Positions 46,705 to 57,200 of a stretch of DNA of 64,000 nt are shown in pieces (position 1 is the first letter of the stretch; every line of letters starts with the position of its first letter). The notes below the pieces were generated by a model, which did no database searches, was not told the origin of the DNA, and was given only the letters and a program-made list of their open reading frames with translations. A program made the position numbers and the translations under genes. Location: sequence record NZ_CP049149.1; one strand, given 5' to 3'. The stretch is from a plasmid.

Positions 46705-48279
46705 ATGGAATTGACTGACAAGCAAATCAAAGACCTAGTGGAGCGACGCCACCCGGAATACTTGAAGAAAAAAGAACATTGGGATTTCCTCGCCAGCACT
46801 TACGCTGGCGGGCGTGCCTGGTTCACCGACAACATCTTCCGCTACTTCAAAGAGGGCGATCAGGAGTTCAAGGAGCGTCTGGAGCGCGCCTACCGCTTCA
46901 ATCATACCCGCGAAGTGGTCAACCTCATCAACAAGTATCTGTTCAAAGAGGACATTCATCGCAACACCGATGAGGCACCGGAGCAGATCCGCCATTTCTG
47001 GAGGCGAGCCACACGCCAGAATGCTTCAATTGACGCATTCATGGCGGCTATCGATCTCCAGTCGTCAATTTATGGCCGTATCTGGGTTGTCGTTGACAGC
47101 ACCATGAATGGCGATGTGGAGTCCGTTGCTGACGAGAAAAACAAGGACGCGCGTGCCTACGCCTACTGGATTTCTCCGCAGCAGATGCTCGATGTCGCCT
47201 GGGATGACGATGGGAACATGCTTTGGGCGCTGATTGTGGAAGTGGCGCGTGACGATGCCGATCCGTTCACCTCAACCGGTCAGGAGTATCAGCGTTACCG
47301 CCTGTGGACACAGAACGAATGGTATCTCTTCCGTGAGGAAGTCAAAAGGGGATCTGGTGGCGCAGGCCGTCGCCAGTCAAAGGTCGTGCTGGAGGATTCT
47401 GGCGAGCATAAATTGGGCATGGTGCCGGTCTTCCCGGTTGATTGCATTGGTGAAAGCGAATCGCCTTATTTCAGCCCATCTCTCATCGACGATATCGCCT
47501 ATCTCGATCGTGCTGTTGCCAACTACCTGTCGAACCTTGATGCCATTATTCAGGATCAGACGTTCAGCCAGCTGGCCATTCCGGTGCAGTCACTGCTGCC
47601 AGGCGATGAAAACCATACCAAAGTCCTTGAAATGGGCACCAAGCGCGTCTTTACCTTCGATTCCGAGAGTGGCAACCAGCCGTTCTACCTGTCGCCAGAC
47701 CCGAAACAGGCACAGATGATCATCACCACCATTAAGACGGTGATTAACGAGATCTACCATTCCGTTGGGGTGGCTGGTGAGCGCACCAAACAGGACAACG
47801 CCCAGGGTATCGACAACTCTTCCGGCGCAGCCAAGATGTATGACTTCCAGCGCGTTAACAGTCTGCTGGTGACAAAAGCGGAACGTCTCGAAAGGGCGGA
47901 GCGCCAGATGATGCAGTTGGTAGCGAAATGGATGGGGATCAGTCTGGATGAAGATAACTCTCTCATCTCCTACCCGGAAAGCTTTGATATTCGTGGTCTG
48001 ACAGACGAATTTGCGGTTGCTGAAAAACTCGCGCTTCTGCAAGCGCCTGATTCTGTACGTCGGCACCAGATGGAAATGCTCATTGAGAAGGTGTTCCCGA
48101 ACATTTCCGAGGCGATGAAAAAGGAATTTGATAAAGACCTCTTGAATTTTCCGCCAAAAAATGATCTAAACACCCTTGAAAATAAGTCAGTACTTACTTA
48201 TGATCGAGGGGCAGCCCAAGCAAGCGGGCAAGATCAACCCCGAGGGAATGGGGACTCATCTACTCAAGAGACCGAGTGA
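46705..48279 (+). CDS. portal protein (putative)
   Basis: 524-aa ORF directly after TerL in virion module. Confidence 0.6.
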   Translation: MELTDKQIKDLVERRHPEYLKKKEHWDFLASTYAGGRAWFTDNIFRYFKEGDQEFKERLERAYRFNHTREVVNLINKYLFKEDIHRNTDEAPEQIRHFWRRATRQNASIDAFMAAIDLQSSIYGRIWVVVDSTMNGDVESVADEKNKDARAYAYWISPQQMLDVAWDDDGNMLWALIVEVARDDADPFTSTGQEYQRYRLWTQNEWYLFREEVKRGSGGAGRRQSKVVLEDSGEHKLGMVPVFPVDCIGESESPYFSPSLIDDIAYLDRAVANYLSNLDAIIQDQTFSQLAIPVQSLLPGDENHTKVLEMGTKRVFTFDSESGNQPFYLSPDPKQAQMIITTIKTVINEIYHSVGVAGERTKQDNAQGIDNSSGAAKMYDFQRVNSLLVTKAERLERAERQMMQLVAKWMGISLDEDNSLISYPESFDIRGLTDEFAVAEKLALLQAPDSVRRHQMEMLIEKVFPNISEAMKKEFDKDLLNFPPKNDLNTLENKSVLTYDRGAAQASGQDQPRGNGDSSTQETE

Positions 48280-48301
48280 TAAGTAACGAAAAGGAATTTC
48301 T

Positions 48302-49195
48302 ATGAATCTGTGGCAAATGCTAATGGCCCGACGCGGGCTGATGGATGTAGCTGAAGGGCATGAGCGCGGTGGCGCTGGTGGCGGTGCTCCTGCTGATCAA
48401 GAAGAGCATGGTGCGCAAGACCCAGGCAGTCAGGGCGAGCAGAAAGATCAGCCCAAAGGTGACGACGAGTTTGCAGGCATGACTCAAGAAGAGCTGCTGG
48501 CAGAACTCCGCAAGTCCCGGAAGACCAGCGCTGACCTGCTGAAAGAGAACATGAAGCGCAAGGAGAAAGAGCGCTCTCTGGCCGATCAGCTGGCGCAGTA
48601 TGGTGACATTGATCCGGCGCGCGCACGTCAGCTTCTGGAAGCTGAACAGGCCGCAGAAGAGGAACGCCGTAAGGCGGAGCAGGCTGAACTGGAACGTCGT
48701 GGCGAGTTCGACGCTGTGAAAAAACAGATGATCGAAGCTCACCAGGCTGAACTCGCGAAGCGTGACGAACGCTACTCCGCACTGGAGAGCGAAAACGCGG
48801 CGCTGCGAGCGCAGCTGGTTGAAATGACGGTCGGCGCTTCATTCAGCGGCTCTGCCTTCCTGCGTGAAAAAGTTCTGATGACTCCGGCTAAGGCTCGCGT
48901 TATCTACGGCTCTCATTTCGAAGTGGGTGAAGACGGTAGCGTTGTTGGTTATGACAAGCCGGTAGGTCAGAAGGAACGTGCTGTTCTGGTTGACGGCGAG
49001 GGCAAGCCGTTACCGTTCGAATCCGCGATTGAACGCATTCTGCGTGCAGATCCGGAAGCTGACGCACTGTTGCGCAGCGAAGCCAAGCAGGGTGCAGGTT
49101 CAAACAGCAAACCGACCCACAAAGTAAACCAGCCGAAGAGCAAGTCGACTATGGATAAGTTGACCTCCGGTCTGGGGAAAATTGGACTCAAGTAA
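48302..49195 (+). CDS. scaffolding-like coiled-coil protein (putative)
   Basis: Gly/acidic N-terminus, extended charged coiled coil, between portal and capsid genes. Confidence 0.45.
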   Translation: MNLWQMLMARRGLMDVAEGHERGGAGGGAPADQEEHGAQDPGSQGEQKDQPKGDDEFAGMTQEELLAELRKSRKTSADLLKENMKRKEKERSLADQLAQYGDIDPARARQLLEAEQAAEEERRKAEQAELERRGEFDAVKKQMIEAHQAELAKRDERYSALESENAALRAQLVEMTVGASFSGSAFLREKVLMTPAKARVIYGSHFEVGEDGSVVGYDKPVGQKERAVLVDGEGKPLPFESAIERILRADPEADALLRSEAKQGAGSNSKPTHKVNQPKSKSTMDKLTSGLGKIGLK

Positions 49196-49220
49196 CATCT
49201 TAATCATAGGGAAATGAAAG

Positions 49221-50102
49221 ATGCCGTTACTCCGTGACGAAGCTGAAAAGCTGTCTAACAACGAACTTGAGCAGGGTGTGATCGAGACAATTATCGATCG
49301 CGACGACCTGTTCGCTGTCCTGCCGTTCATGAAGATCGACTCCAAAGCGTATCTTTACAACCGTGAAGCTACCCTGAGCGAAGCGACCTTCATTGATGTG
49401 AACGACACCATCACCGAAGGTGCGGCAACCTTCACCGAGCACGTTGCGAAGCTGCGTATCCTGGCAGGCGACGTAGATGTCGACAAATTCCTGGCGACCA
49501 CTATGTCTGACACCAACAACCAGCTGGCAATCCAGGTTCGTCAGAAGGTTAAAGGTCTGGCGCGCGCATTCCGCCGCAACCTGATTCTGGGTGACTCCAC
49601 CACCAACAGCAAAGCCTTTGACGGCATTCCGAAGCTGATGCACAAAGACCAGAATGTTGACATTGCGAAGGCAGCGATGACCTTCTCTATGTTCGACGAG
49701 CTGGTCGACGCAGTGAAAGATCTGGGCGCTGACTGCATCATGATGCGTTCCGAGCACCTGCGTGCTTACCGCGCGCTGCTGCGCACCGTAAACATCGGCC
49801 CGTCTGAAATCATGATGGAAAACTTCGGCCGTCCGATGCTGTGCCATAACGGCGTTCCGTTCATCGTTAACGACTTCATTCCGAAGAACGATGGCGACGA
49901 CTCCGCAAATATCTACTGTCTGCACCTGTCTGAAGAGAACGGTGTTACCGGTCTGTACGGTGGCGAAAACGCGGGTATCGTGGTGGAAAACATCGGTACT
50001 GTTCAGAACAAAGATGCAACTCGTACCCGCGTGAAGTGGTACTGCTCTCTGGCGAACAAGCACGATAAAGCTATCGCGGCGCTGACCAACGTCAAAATTT
50101 AA
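49221..50102 (+). CDS. major capsid protein (putative)
   Basis: 293-aa ORF after scaffold, strong SD GGGAAATGAAAG, followed by palindrome motif. Confidence 0.6.
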   Translation: MPLLRDEAEKLSNNELEQGVIETIIDRDDLFAVLPFMKIDSKAYLYNREATLSEATFIDVNDTITEGAATFTEHVAKLRILAGDVDVDKFLATTMSDTNNQLAIQVRQKVKGLARAFRRNLILGDSTTNSKAFDGIPKLMHKDQNVDIAKAAMTFSMFDELVDAVKDLGADCIMMRSEHLRAYRALLRTVNIGPSEIMMENFGRPMLCHNGVPFIVNDFIPKNDGDDSANIYCLHLSEENGVTGLYGGENAGIVVENIGTVQNKDATRTRVKWYCSLANKHDKAIAALTNVKI

Positions 50103-50177
50103 CAATTTTTGTAGGTAATAACTTACCTATGTGTTAAGGGTGGGCTATACGCCCACCTTTTTTGTAGGAGCAAGAGT

Positions 50178-50612
50178 ATGAAACCAGCGAAGATTCGCAT
50201 CCTTGAACCGCAATTTTCTGCTTACACGGGTCTGCTTTGCGGCGTCCTTTTCGAAAATGGCGTGTCTGTTGCGGAGCTGCCATTTATCGATCAGCAGCGT
50301 ATTTGTGCCTCCATGCGTGCGACCACGATTGATGGCGAGAACGTCTCACCCTCTGCCGCTTATGCTTTACGTGGCAATCTGGTTGCAGACCAGATCGTAG
50401 AGCCTGAAGCTCCAGAAATCGTGCCCATGAAGCGCGGCGTCGAGGAGAAGGAACCAGCTCCGGTTCAACGTTTTACGCGTGAAGAGCTTGAGTCCATTGC
50501 GGATAGCGAAGGCATCGCAGGCCTGCGTCAAATTGGTAAGCCGTTAGGGTTGAAAGCCAAAGGCATCGTAGAAATGATCGAAGGCATCCTGAAAGCACAG
50601 GGCGGTGAGTAA
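50178..50612 (+). CDS. head-associated hypothetical protein (144 aa)
   Basis: position in head module, SD GGAGCAAGAG. Confidence 0.45.
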   Translation: MKPAKIRILEPQFSAYTGLLCGVLFENGVSVAELPFIDQQRICASMRATTIDGENVSPSAAYALRGNLVADQIVEPEAPEIVPMKRGVEEKEPAPVQRFTREELESIADSEGIAGLRQIGKPLGLKAKGIVEMIEGILKAQGGE

Positions 50613-51445
50613 TGACACAACTCGACACGTACCGTAGTGGGGAATCCGTTTCCCTCTCTTTTGTATTTAACGTGCTGGATATCGAGTCGGCCACTTTTAC
50701 CGTTAAAGACAGTGCCGGGGCGATTCTCGTTAGTGATGAGCCGCTGGAAATCAGCGAGGGTCAGATGTCCATTCCGGTTGTCGTGTCGGCCGAGCATAAC
50801 CAGCTCGTCGAAAAGCAGCGAGATCTCCGCTACGTCATCGTCAAAGCCACAGCTGCGGGACTGACCCATGAAGAGCGGAAGATGTATGTCCTGCTTAACA
50901 GCTTTGAACTGGCCATCCCTGCTCAGTCGTTTGCCACCGTCGCAGACGCCCAGATGCAAGCTATCGATATGCTGAACGGCGACACTCTGCTGGCTGATGG
51001 CGAAGGGCTGATGCGCAAGCGTCTTATCGAAGCCACCAGACGCGTCAAAACGCTGCCATTTTCGATTCGCAAAATCCTGCGAATCGATTTTGACCGTTAT
51101 GACCGTCCCCAGAACATGCTCAACGTATATGACCTGCCGTGGGGCGCAGATGGGGCTTACCGTCATGACCTGGTCGATTGGGAGAAAATGACGCAGGAGC
51201 GCTTTGAAGAGTTTCCGGACTATTTCAAAGAGGCTCTGATGCTGGCCGTGGTTAACGAAGCCTGTGAAATCGCAAACGGCAATGATGTGGCGGCAGCTCG
51301 CGAGGACGGCATTCTGTCGGAGTCCATTGGTGAGACCACCAACATGTACCGTACCGGTAAAGCGGCCAATGTGCATGTTGCCCGGAGCACCTGGCGGCTG
51401 CTGGTGAGTTACATCAACAATCGAATGATTGTTCGCCGTGCGTAA
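50612..51445 (+). CDS. head-tail connector/head completion protein (putative, 277 aa)
   Basis: overlapping start (ATGA) with upstream gene. Confidence 0.4.
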   Translation: MTQLDTYRSGESVSLSFVFNVLDIESATFTVKDSAGAILVSDEPLEISEGQMSIPVVVSAEHNQLVEKQRDLRYVIVKATAAGLTHEERKMYVLLNSFELAIPAQSFATVADAQMQAIDMLNGDTLLADGEGLMRKRLIEATRRVKTLPFSIRKILRIDFDRYDRPQNMLNVYDLPWGADGAYRHDLVDWEKMTQERFEEFPDYFKEALMLAVVNEACEIANGNDVAAAREDGILSESIGETTNMYRTGKAANVHVARSTWRLLVSYINNRMIVRRA

Positions 51446-51542
51446 TGCCCGTCGCACCCTTTACTTCTGGTCGAAAGGCTCAAGACGAGTAATCGCGCCT
51501 TCGCCTGGTAACGGGCGCGACGTTTGTCACGAGGGAGTGTGG

Positions 51543-51887
51543 ATGAATATTTCATGGCAAGCAGAGATCGCCATCTACCGTTTTGGCGCGAAAAACGTCT
51601 ACGGGGAGGCGCAGTTGCAGTTCGTCAGGAAGACGAATGTCGGTGTCGTTAAGTTCGAACAAAGCAATGAGAGATCGTCAGTGCGCGCAGACAGCTCGGG
51701 GAGCCGCGGTAAGGCAAATCTGGAGTTATTTGACGCCGTTCTGGTGATTCCCCTTGAAGCAGCAGTTCAGCTTGATGATGTGCTGATCATGGAGGGGCAA
51801 AAGCTGAAGGTATCCAGTGTTCATCGTCGCTGGGGGCTTCGCGGACGGCCTGGGCACCTTGAGGTTGGAGCTAACATATGGGTCTGA
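51543..51887 (+). CDS. head-tail joining protein (putative, 114 aa)
   Basis: GAGGGAG SD 5 nt before ATG 51543. Confidence 0.4.
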   Translation: MNISWQAEIAIYRFGAKNVYGEAQLQFVRKTNVGVVKFEQSNERSSVRADSSGSRGKANLELFDAVLVIPLEAAVQLDDVLIMEGQKLKVSSVHRRWGLRGRPGHLEVGANIWV

Positions 51888-52351
51888 AATACGACGCGCA
51901 CCAGTTTAAGCGTGCTGGTGAAAGACTCAATAACAGCCAGAAAGCCTTTAAACGCTATCTCATTCGGGATATGGAAAAGCTGGCGCGTCTGGTTGAGCGC
52001 CTGGCAAGGGCAATGGCTCCGTTGGAAACCGGCTCTTTGGAAAGCGCGATATTTGCCCGCGTCGTTAAGGAGGGATATTCAGGCTTACGCATTGAGCTAT
52101 CCGTCTCTGGCGCAAAGCCGCGTGAAGGGCACCCTAACGTGGAAGTGGGCGATTACGCCGAATACATGGAGTTGGGCAAATATCGACTTGGCTACTTGTC
52201 CAGATTGAAAAGTGTCACTAACCCGCCTGTCGCTGGTGTTAAGCCCCGTGTTGGGCCTAACTTCCTCGAAAGAGCAGCGCAGATCAGCGAGAAACAATTC
52301 TCGCAGACAGTGGTTGAGGCAGCGCGGAAAGCTGGTTTTACGAGAGGTTAA
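51878..52351 (+). CDS. neck/tail completion protein (putative, 157 aa)
   Basis: overlaps upstream stop; position before tail terminator-like gene. Confidence 0.4.
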   Translation: MGLKYDAHQFKRAGERLNNSQKAFKRYLIRDMEKLARLVERLARAMAPLETGSLESAIFARVVKEGYSGLRIELSVSGAKPREGHPNVEVGDYAEYMELGKYRLGYLSRLKSVTNPPVAGVKPRVGPNFLERAAQISEKQFSQTVVEAARKAGFTRG

Positions 52352-52352
52352 T

Positions 52353-52736
52353 GTGTTTATAGAAGCGTTTGCGAGCCTGATGCAAAAAGCCAAAGTTGGC
52401 ACGGTGGGTACGGACATATTTTGTCATTACATGCCATCTAACGTGAAATCCGGCGTGCTCCTGATTAACCCAAATACCGGCATCAAGATTGATCATGAGT
52501 TGCAGGACTTCTACTTCGACGCTTTCACTATCGTTGTGCGAAGCGCGACGATCACAAAGACGATGGAGAAGGCCAATAAAATCATGTCGATGTTCCCGGT
52601 TGAGGAAACGCAGACAGGTGGTGTCTATTTCCGCATGGCTCGCCCGATGACAATGCCGATCACCTATCCCAAAAACGACGGAGCGCTGATTGAAGCCGGT
52701 ATTCCGATTGAATTTGCTGGCTATTTGTTGAATTGA
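52353..52736 (+). CDS. tail terminator-like protein (putative, 127 aa)
   Basis: GTG start 5 nt after GAGAGG SD, 1 nt after upstream stop. Confidence 0.4.
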   Translation: MFIEAFASLMQKAKVGTVGTDIFCHYMPSNVKSGVLLINPNTGIKIDHELQDFYFDAFTIVVRSATITKTMEKANKIMSMFPVEETQTGGVYFRMARPMTMPITYPKNDGALIEAGIPIEFAGYLLN

Positions 52737-52810
52737 ATAAATAGGTAAATATATACTTACTATTGGCACAGTGAGAGTGCTGTTTTATCGGAAAAAGGAG
52801 TTTTCCAATA

Positions 52811-53557
52811 ATGTCTAATACCCATGTAAAAAACATCAAACTCGGCGCGTGCAAAGTGTCGTTTGGTGGCGTGGATCTGGGTTACACCAAAGGTGGCGTG
52901 CAGGTTGAGGTCGCAACCGAAACCATGAAAGTCACCGTTGACCAGCTGGGTCAGACCACGATCTCCGAGCTGGTGCAGGGTCGTAATATCACGATTACCG
53001 CACCGCTGGCCGAGTCCGTGCTGAAGAACATGGTTGATTTGATGCCTGGCTCTACCCTGAGCGAAGACTCAAACACCGTGACCATCACTTCCGCGCAGGG
53101 CGTAAACCTGATCGACGTGGCCAAAGAACTGGTTCTGACGCCGCAGGATACCACCGACTACGTTCTGACCATCCCCAAAGCAGCGACTGCGGGCAACTTC
53201 ACCATGACCTACCAGTCTGATGATGTTCGCGTTTTCTCCGTTCAGTTCACTGCTTATCCGGATGACAACGGCACGCTGGGGAGAATGAGCGGCCCAAAGC
53301 CGGTTGAGTCCGTCAAGATCACGCCGGAATCTCCGGAAGTGAAGGCGGGCGAAAACGTTCAGCTGACGGCTGAAATCACTCCAGCAGATGCAAGCGATAA
53401 ATCCGGTGTCTGGGAATCGGATGCCCAGGGCACAGCAACTGTCGACCAGACTGGTCTGGTTCATGGTGTAGCTGAAGGTACGGCAAACATTACCTTCACC
53501 AGCACCAGTGGTGGCAAAAAAGCGACCAAATCCGTGACGGTTAATGCAGCCGAATAA
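52811..53557 (+). CDS. major tail protein with C-terminal Ig-like (Big_2) domain
   Basis: C-terminal VKITPESPEVKAGENVQLTAEITPADASDKSGVWESDAQGTATVDQTGLVHGVAEGTANITFTS like lambda gpV; precedes chaperone and tape measure genes. Confidence 0.7.
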   Translation: MSNTHVKNIKLGACKVSFGGVDLGYTKGGVQVEVATETMKVTVDQLGQTTISELVQGRNITITAPLAESVLKNMVDLMPGSTLSEDSNTVTITSAQGVNLIDVAKELVLTPQDTTDYVLTIPKAATAGNFTMTYQSDDVRVFSVQFTAYPDDNGTLGRMSGPKPVESVKITPESPEVKAGENVQLTAEITPADASDKSGVWESDAQGTATVDQTGLVHGVAEGTANITFTSTSGGKKATKSVTVNAAE

Positions 53558-53617
53558 TCGTAGCGTTAAGTAAGCAGAGGCTCAGGCAGAGCCTCTTTTT
53601 TAAAAGGACTTAAACCA

Positions 53618-53935
53618 ATGACTAAATTACTCGACCTCGACGCCATTCTGCCCCCGAAGAAAAGCATCAAGTTCGGCGGTCAGGAATACCCCATCGTTGA
53701 AATGACTGTTGGCCTTTTCGTCTCCATCAAACAGATGGAGGGCAAAGATCTCCAGAACATGTCCCCGGTCGACCAGGTGACTGCTTATGCCGATCTGGTT
53801 CGCAAGGTAATCCCATCGGTGCCGGACGCTGTGCTGGAAAAACTCACTGTCCCGCAGCTTCAGCAAATCTTCACCTTCGCTATGGAAGTGATTGATGAAG
53901 AAAACGAAAAAGCGGCTGGTGAAGGGGCAAAGTAA
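53618..53935 (+). CDS. tail assembly chaperone (gpG-like)
   Basis: small acidic protein immediately upstream of tape measure. Confidence 0.55.
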   Translation: MTKLLDLDAILPPKKSIKFGGQEYPIVEMTVGLFVSIKQMEGKDLQNMSPVDQVTAYADLVRKVIPSVPDAVLEKLTVPQLQQIFTFAMEVIDEENEKAAGEGAK

Positions 53936-54285
53936 TTTCCCGCGATGAGTCCGGGGTAAAGACCGTTTCGATAGACCTCGGATTCTATTTCAGTCGTGTA
54001 GTTGCTCACTACGCCGTGTCGCCAATGGAGCTGCTGGGCATCCCTCTGACGATGTTCTGGATGCTCAGTCGCAATATCGACCGTCTGCGCGCGGAAGAGG
54101 ATATCCGCAACCTGCAAGTCGCTCGCGCTGCCCAGGCGGATGGCGAGGGCGTTAAGGCGTTCATGGAGGGTTTGCAACTCAGGATTGGAAGACCAGTCGT
54201 AACCGATAAAGTCTACGATCCGCGCAAGGACAAGGCAGACCCTGACGCCAAAGAGCAGCTGATGCAAATTTTTGGCAGAGGATGA
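53923..54285 (+). CDS. gpT-like frameshift extension of tail chaperone (putative G-T fusion segment)
   Basis: -1 frame relative to 53618-53935 is open from 53923 to 54285 and overlaps the last 4 codons of the G-like ORF. Confidence 0.3.
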   Translation, partial: RGKVISRDESGVKTVSIDLGFYFSRVVAHYAVSPMELLGIPLTMFWMLSRNIDRLRAEEDIRNLQVARAAQADGEGVKAFMEGLQLRIGRPVVTDKVYDPRKDKADPDAKEQLMQIFGRG

Positions 54286-57200
54286 CAAGGGAATGTCACA
54301 AAACGTAGAGTTTATCCTGTCGCTGGAAGACAAGCAGTTTACAGCGTCAATCGACCGGGCGGGTAAGTTACTTACCAGATTCGGTGAGCAGGCCACCAAG
54401 CCAGCTCAGAAAATTAACAGCCTGGAACGCTCGTTGGGTTCGGTCTCCCGCATCATCGGCGTTCTGGAATCCAGGCTCGATGCCACGGCAGACAAACTAC
54501 AGGACGTAGCTGCTGGCTTCGAGCTTGTTTCCGATGCTTCGCGTAAAGCGCGTGGCAACATCACCAGTCTCAATGCGGGGTTGAAAGCCCTCGTTGAGCG
54601 CGTCGACTCCACCACTTCATCCGTTAACAAGCTTACTACTTCACTGCGCAAGGTTCAGTCAGAGCTAAACGAGTTCTCTGATTGGGCGACGTTTGCGAGC
54701 AAGAGCGCCAGCCGCTTTGGCATGGAAGTCAAAGAGACCTCTTCGGCCATTGGCGGCATGAATACGCGTTTGGGAGCCACGAGCAAAAAACTCAGCAATT
54801 GGGGTGTGACGACCAGTCAGGCCGCCGAAGGGCTGAAAAAAGTGCGCGATCAGATGGACGCGGTTATTGGTCGCCAGCAGCTCATTGGCAAGCCTGTACG
54901 CGTGCGCACAGTAGGAAATGGTGACGGCTCGGGACATGGCGGCAACGGTCGACGCGATGGATTTGCTGGTCATGGCGGGAGAAGCAGTGAAGGGAGCATG
55001 TTCTCCGGTCTGCGCGGCAACATTTTCCTTCTGGGTGAGGTCGGTGATGCCGCCAGAACAGTGACCGATATCCTGTTCGGCTGGCAAAAACCCATCGTCG
55101 AAGCCTCCGCACAGATGGAACGTATGCGCGTCATGCTGCGCGGCTTGAACAAAGACAAAGCCAATCCGGCACAAGCGGCCGCAGATGACATGCAGTACAT
55201 CGTGGGTATGGCTCAAAACGCGCCATTCGCGATGGAGGCATTAACAGATGCTTTCGTGAAATTCCGTTCCGCTGGTCTCGATCCGACTGATGGCTCTATG
55301 AAGTCATTGGTGGACTCTGTCGCCCGCTTCGGTGGTGACAGTGTGCTGCTTAAGCGCGCGGCAGTGGCTGTACAACAGATGTCTGGTAAGGGCGTCGTGT
55401 CGATGGAAGAGCTGCGCCAGCAATTAGGTGAAGCTGTGCCAAACGCGATGCAAGCAATGGCGGATGCTGCCGGTATCACGATGGGCGAGCTGACCAAAGC
55501 GGTTGCGAGCGGTACGGTCGAGGCGAAACAGGCGCTTTCGTTGATGTTCGTTGGTCTGCGTGCTGAAAACCAGAATGCAGCCAAAGACATGATGCAAACC
55601 TATACCGGTGCGCTGGCACAGCTGCAAACCTCCTTCACGCTCTTTGCTGATCGCGTCGGTCAGGCGGGCTATCTCGATTCTCTCTCCAAAGGGATGAAAG
55701 AGCTGGCGTCCATCATGAACAGCGCAGAGGGCATTTCGTTCGCTAACTCTCTTGGCTCCGGTCTCAACTCAGCAATTGACTCGCTACGTGATCTGGCGCA
55801 GTGGCTGGCAAGAAATCAGGAGTTAGTCACCAGCCTGGGCGAAGCGGTCGCAGCAATGGTGGCGTTTAAAATAATGCGCGCTGGCATCATGGGTGTGGTT
55901 GGCACTGCGGGCGAGATGGTCAATGCGTTTGCGAAGATGTCCACCGCGATACAGGCGCCGTTCAACATGGGTGCGACCGCAGTGACGCGTTTTAATCGCG
56001 CTGCGCGGATGGGGCTGGGGCCGATACCATCGCTGATCTTCTCTATTCGAGGCGCGATAGCGGGGCTTCAGGGGGCGTTTGCTGGTCTGACTGCGTTCAT
56101 GGCAGCAAACCCGATTGGCGCAGCGTTTACCGTGGCCACTGTCGCCATCGCTGGGCTGATAACGTACATGACCATGCTCCGCAGCGAGACGTCCAAAGTC
56201 GTTGACGAGATCCGCAAAATCCCGGAAGCGATGACGGCCGCCAAGCGCGCGCAGATGGTTGAGTACAAAGAGCGCCTCGATCGTCAGATTTCCCAGAAGC
56301 AGCAGGAACTCAACTCTGGCGAAAAGGTGATTTATGGCCCCGGTATGGCTGGCACCACCGTCAAAGTAGATCGGCAGAAGGTGGAGTCCGAGCTTAAAGA
56401 CCTGCTCGCCGAACGCGAGCGTCTGGGCGGAGCCATCTCGATGGGGGATGCGGCGGTCGCCAAGCGGCAGGCTAAAGAAGCTGCCGAAACGCAGATTGAG
56501 AAAATCCGCGCCGACAACCAGGTTTTCTCAGCTTCGTTTGTGAAAGCGCGTCAGGAAGCACTGGAGAAGATCCAGAAAATCACTGACGACAAATCGCTGT
56601 CCGATGACGAGAAAAACAAACTGCTCGCGCCGCTCCGTGAGACGGTAAACAACTCCTACATGAAGCCAGCGCAAAATCTGGTGGAGGCGCTTTCTAAGCG
56701 TAAGACGGCGACGGAAAAGGAGATTGCCCATTACAGCGATCTGCTTGAGAAAGCGAAGAAGGAGGGGAATACCGAGCAAATCCAGAAGCTGGAAGGCAGC
56801 ATTCGTGGCTATCAGGAGCATCTGGAAGCTGTTGCTCAGGAGCTGACGCAGGCCGAGTTTGAGCGCGACAGCGCGTCGAAAACCGGTAAAGGCGTCGTGT
56901 CCAACCAGGGCACCGTTTTGGGTCTGGGAACAAACGATAAGGCGTCGCAGAAAGCGCTGGCGCAGTTCATGCGAAACCAGATGGACTCGGCCAGATACCA
57001 GCGCACCATGCCGGACGGTACGCCGATGCTGGACTTCGAAGGCAAGCCTATCGTTGGACCTAAACAGCTCAAGACGCAGTTGAGCCTGCAAAAAGCCTCC
57101 AGCGCAAACTCTCTGGAAAAGATGAGCGATGAAGAGCGTACAGCTGCCATTGCTGCATTGACCAAAGCGCGTGAACTGGATGCCGCAGCAGCAGAGAAAG

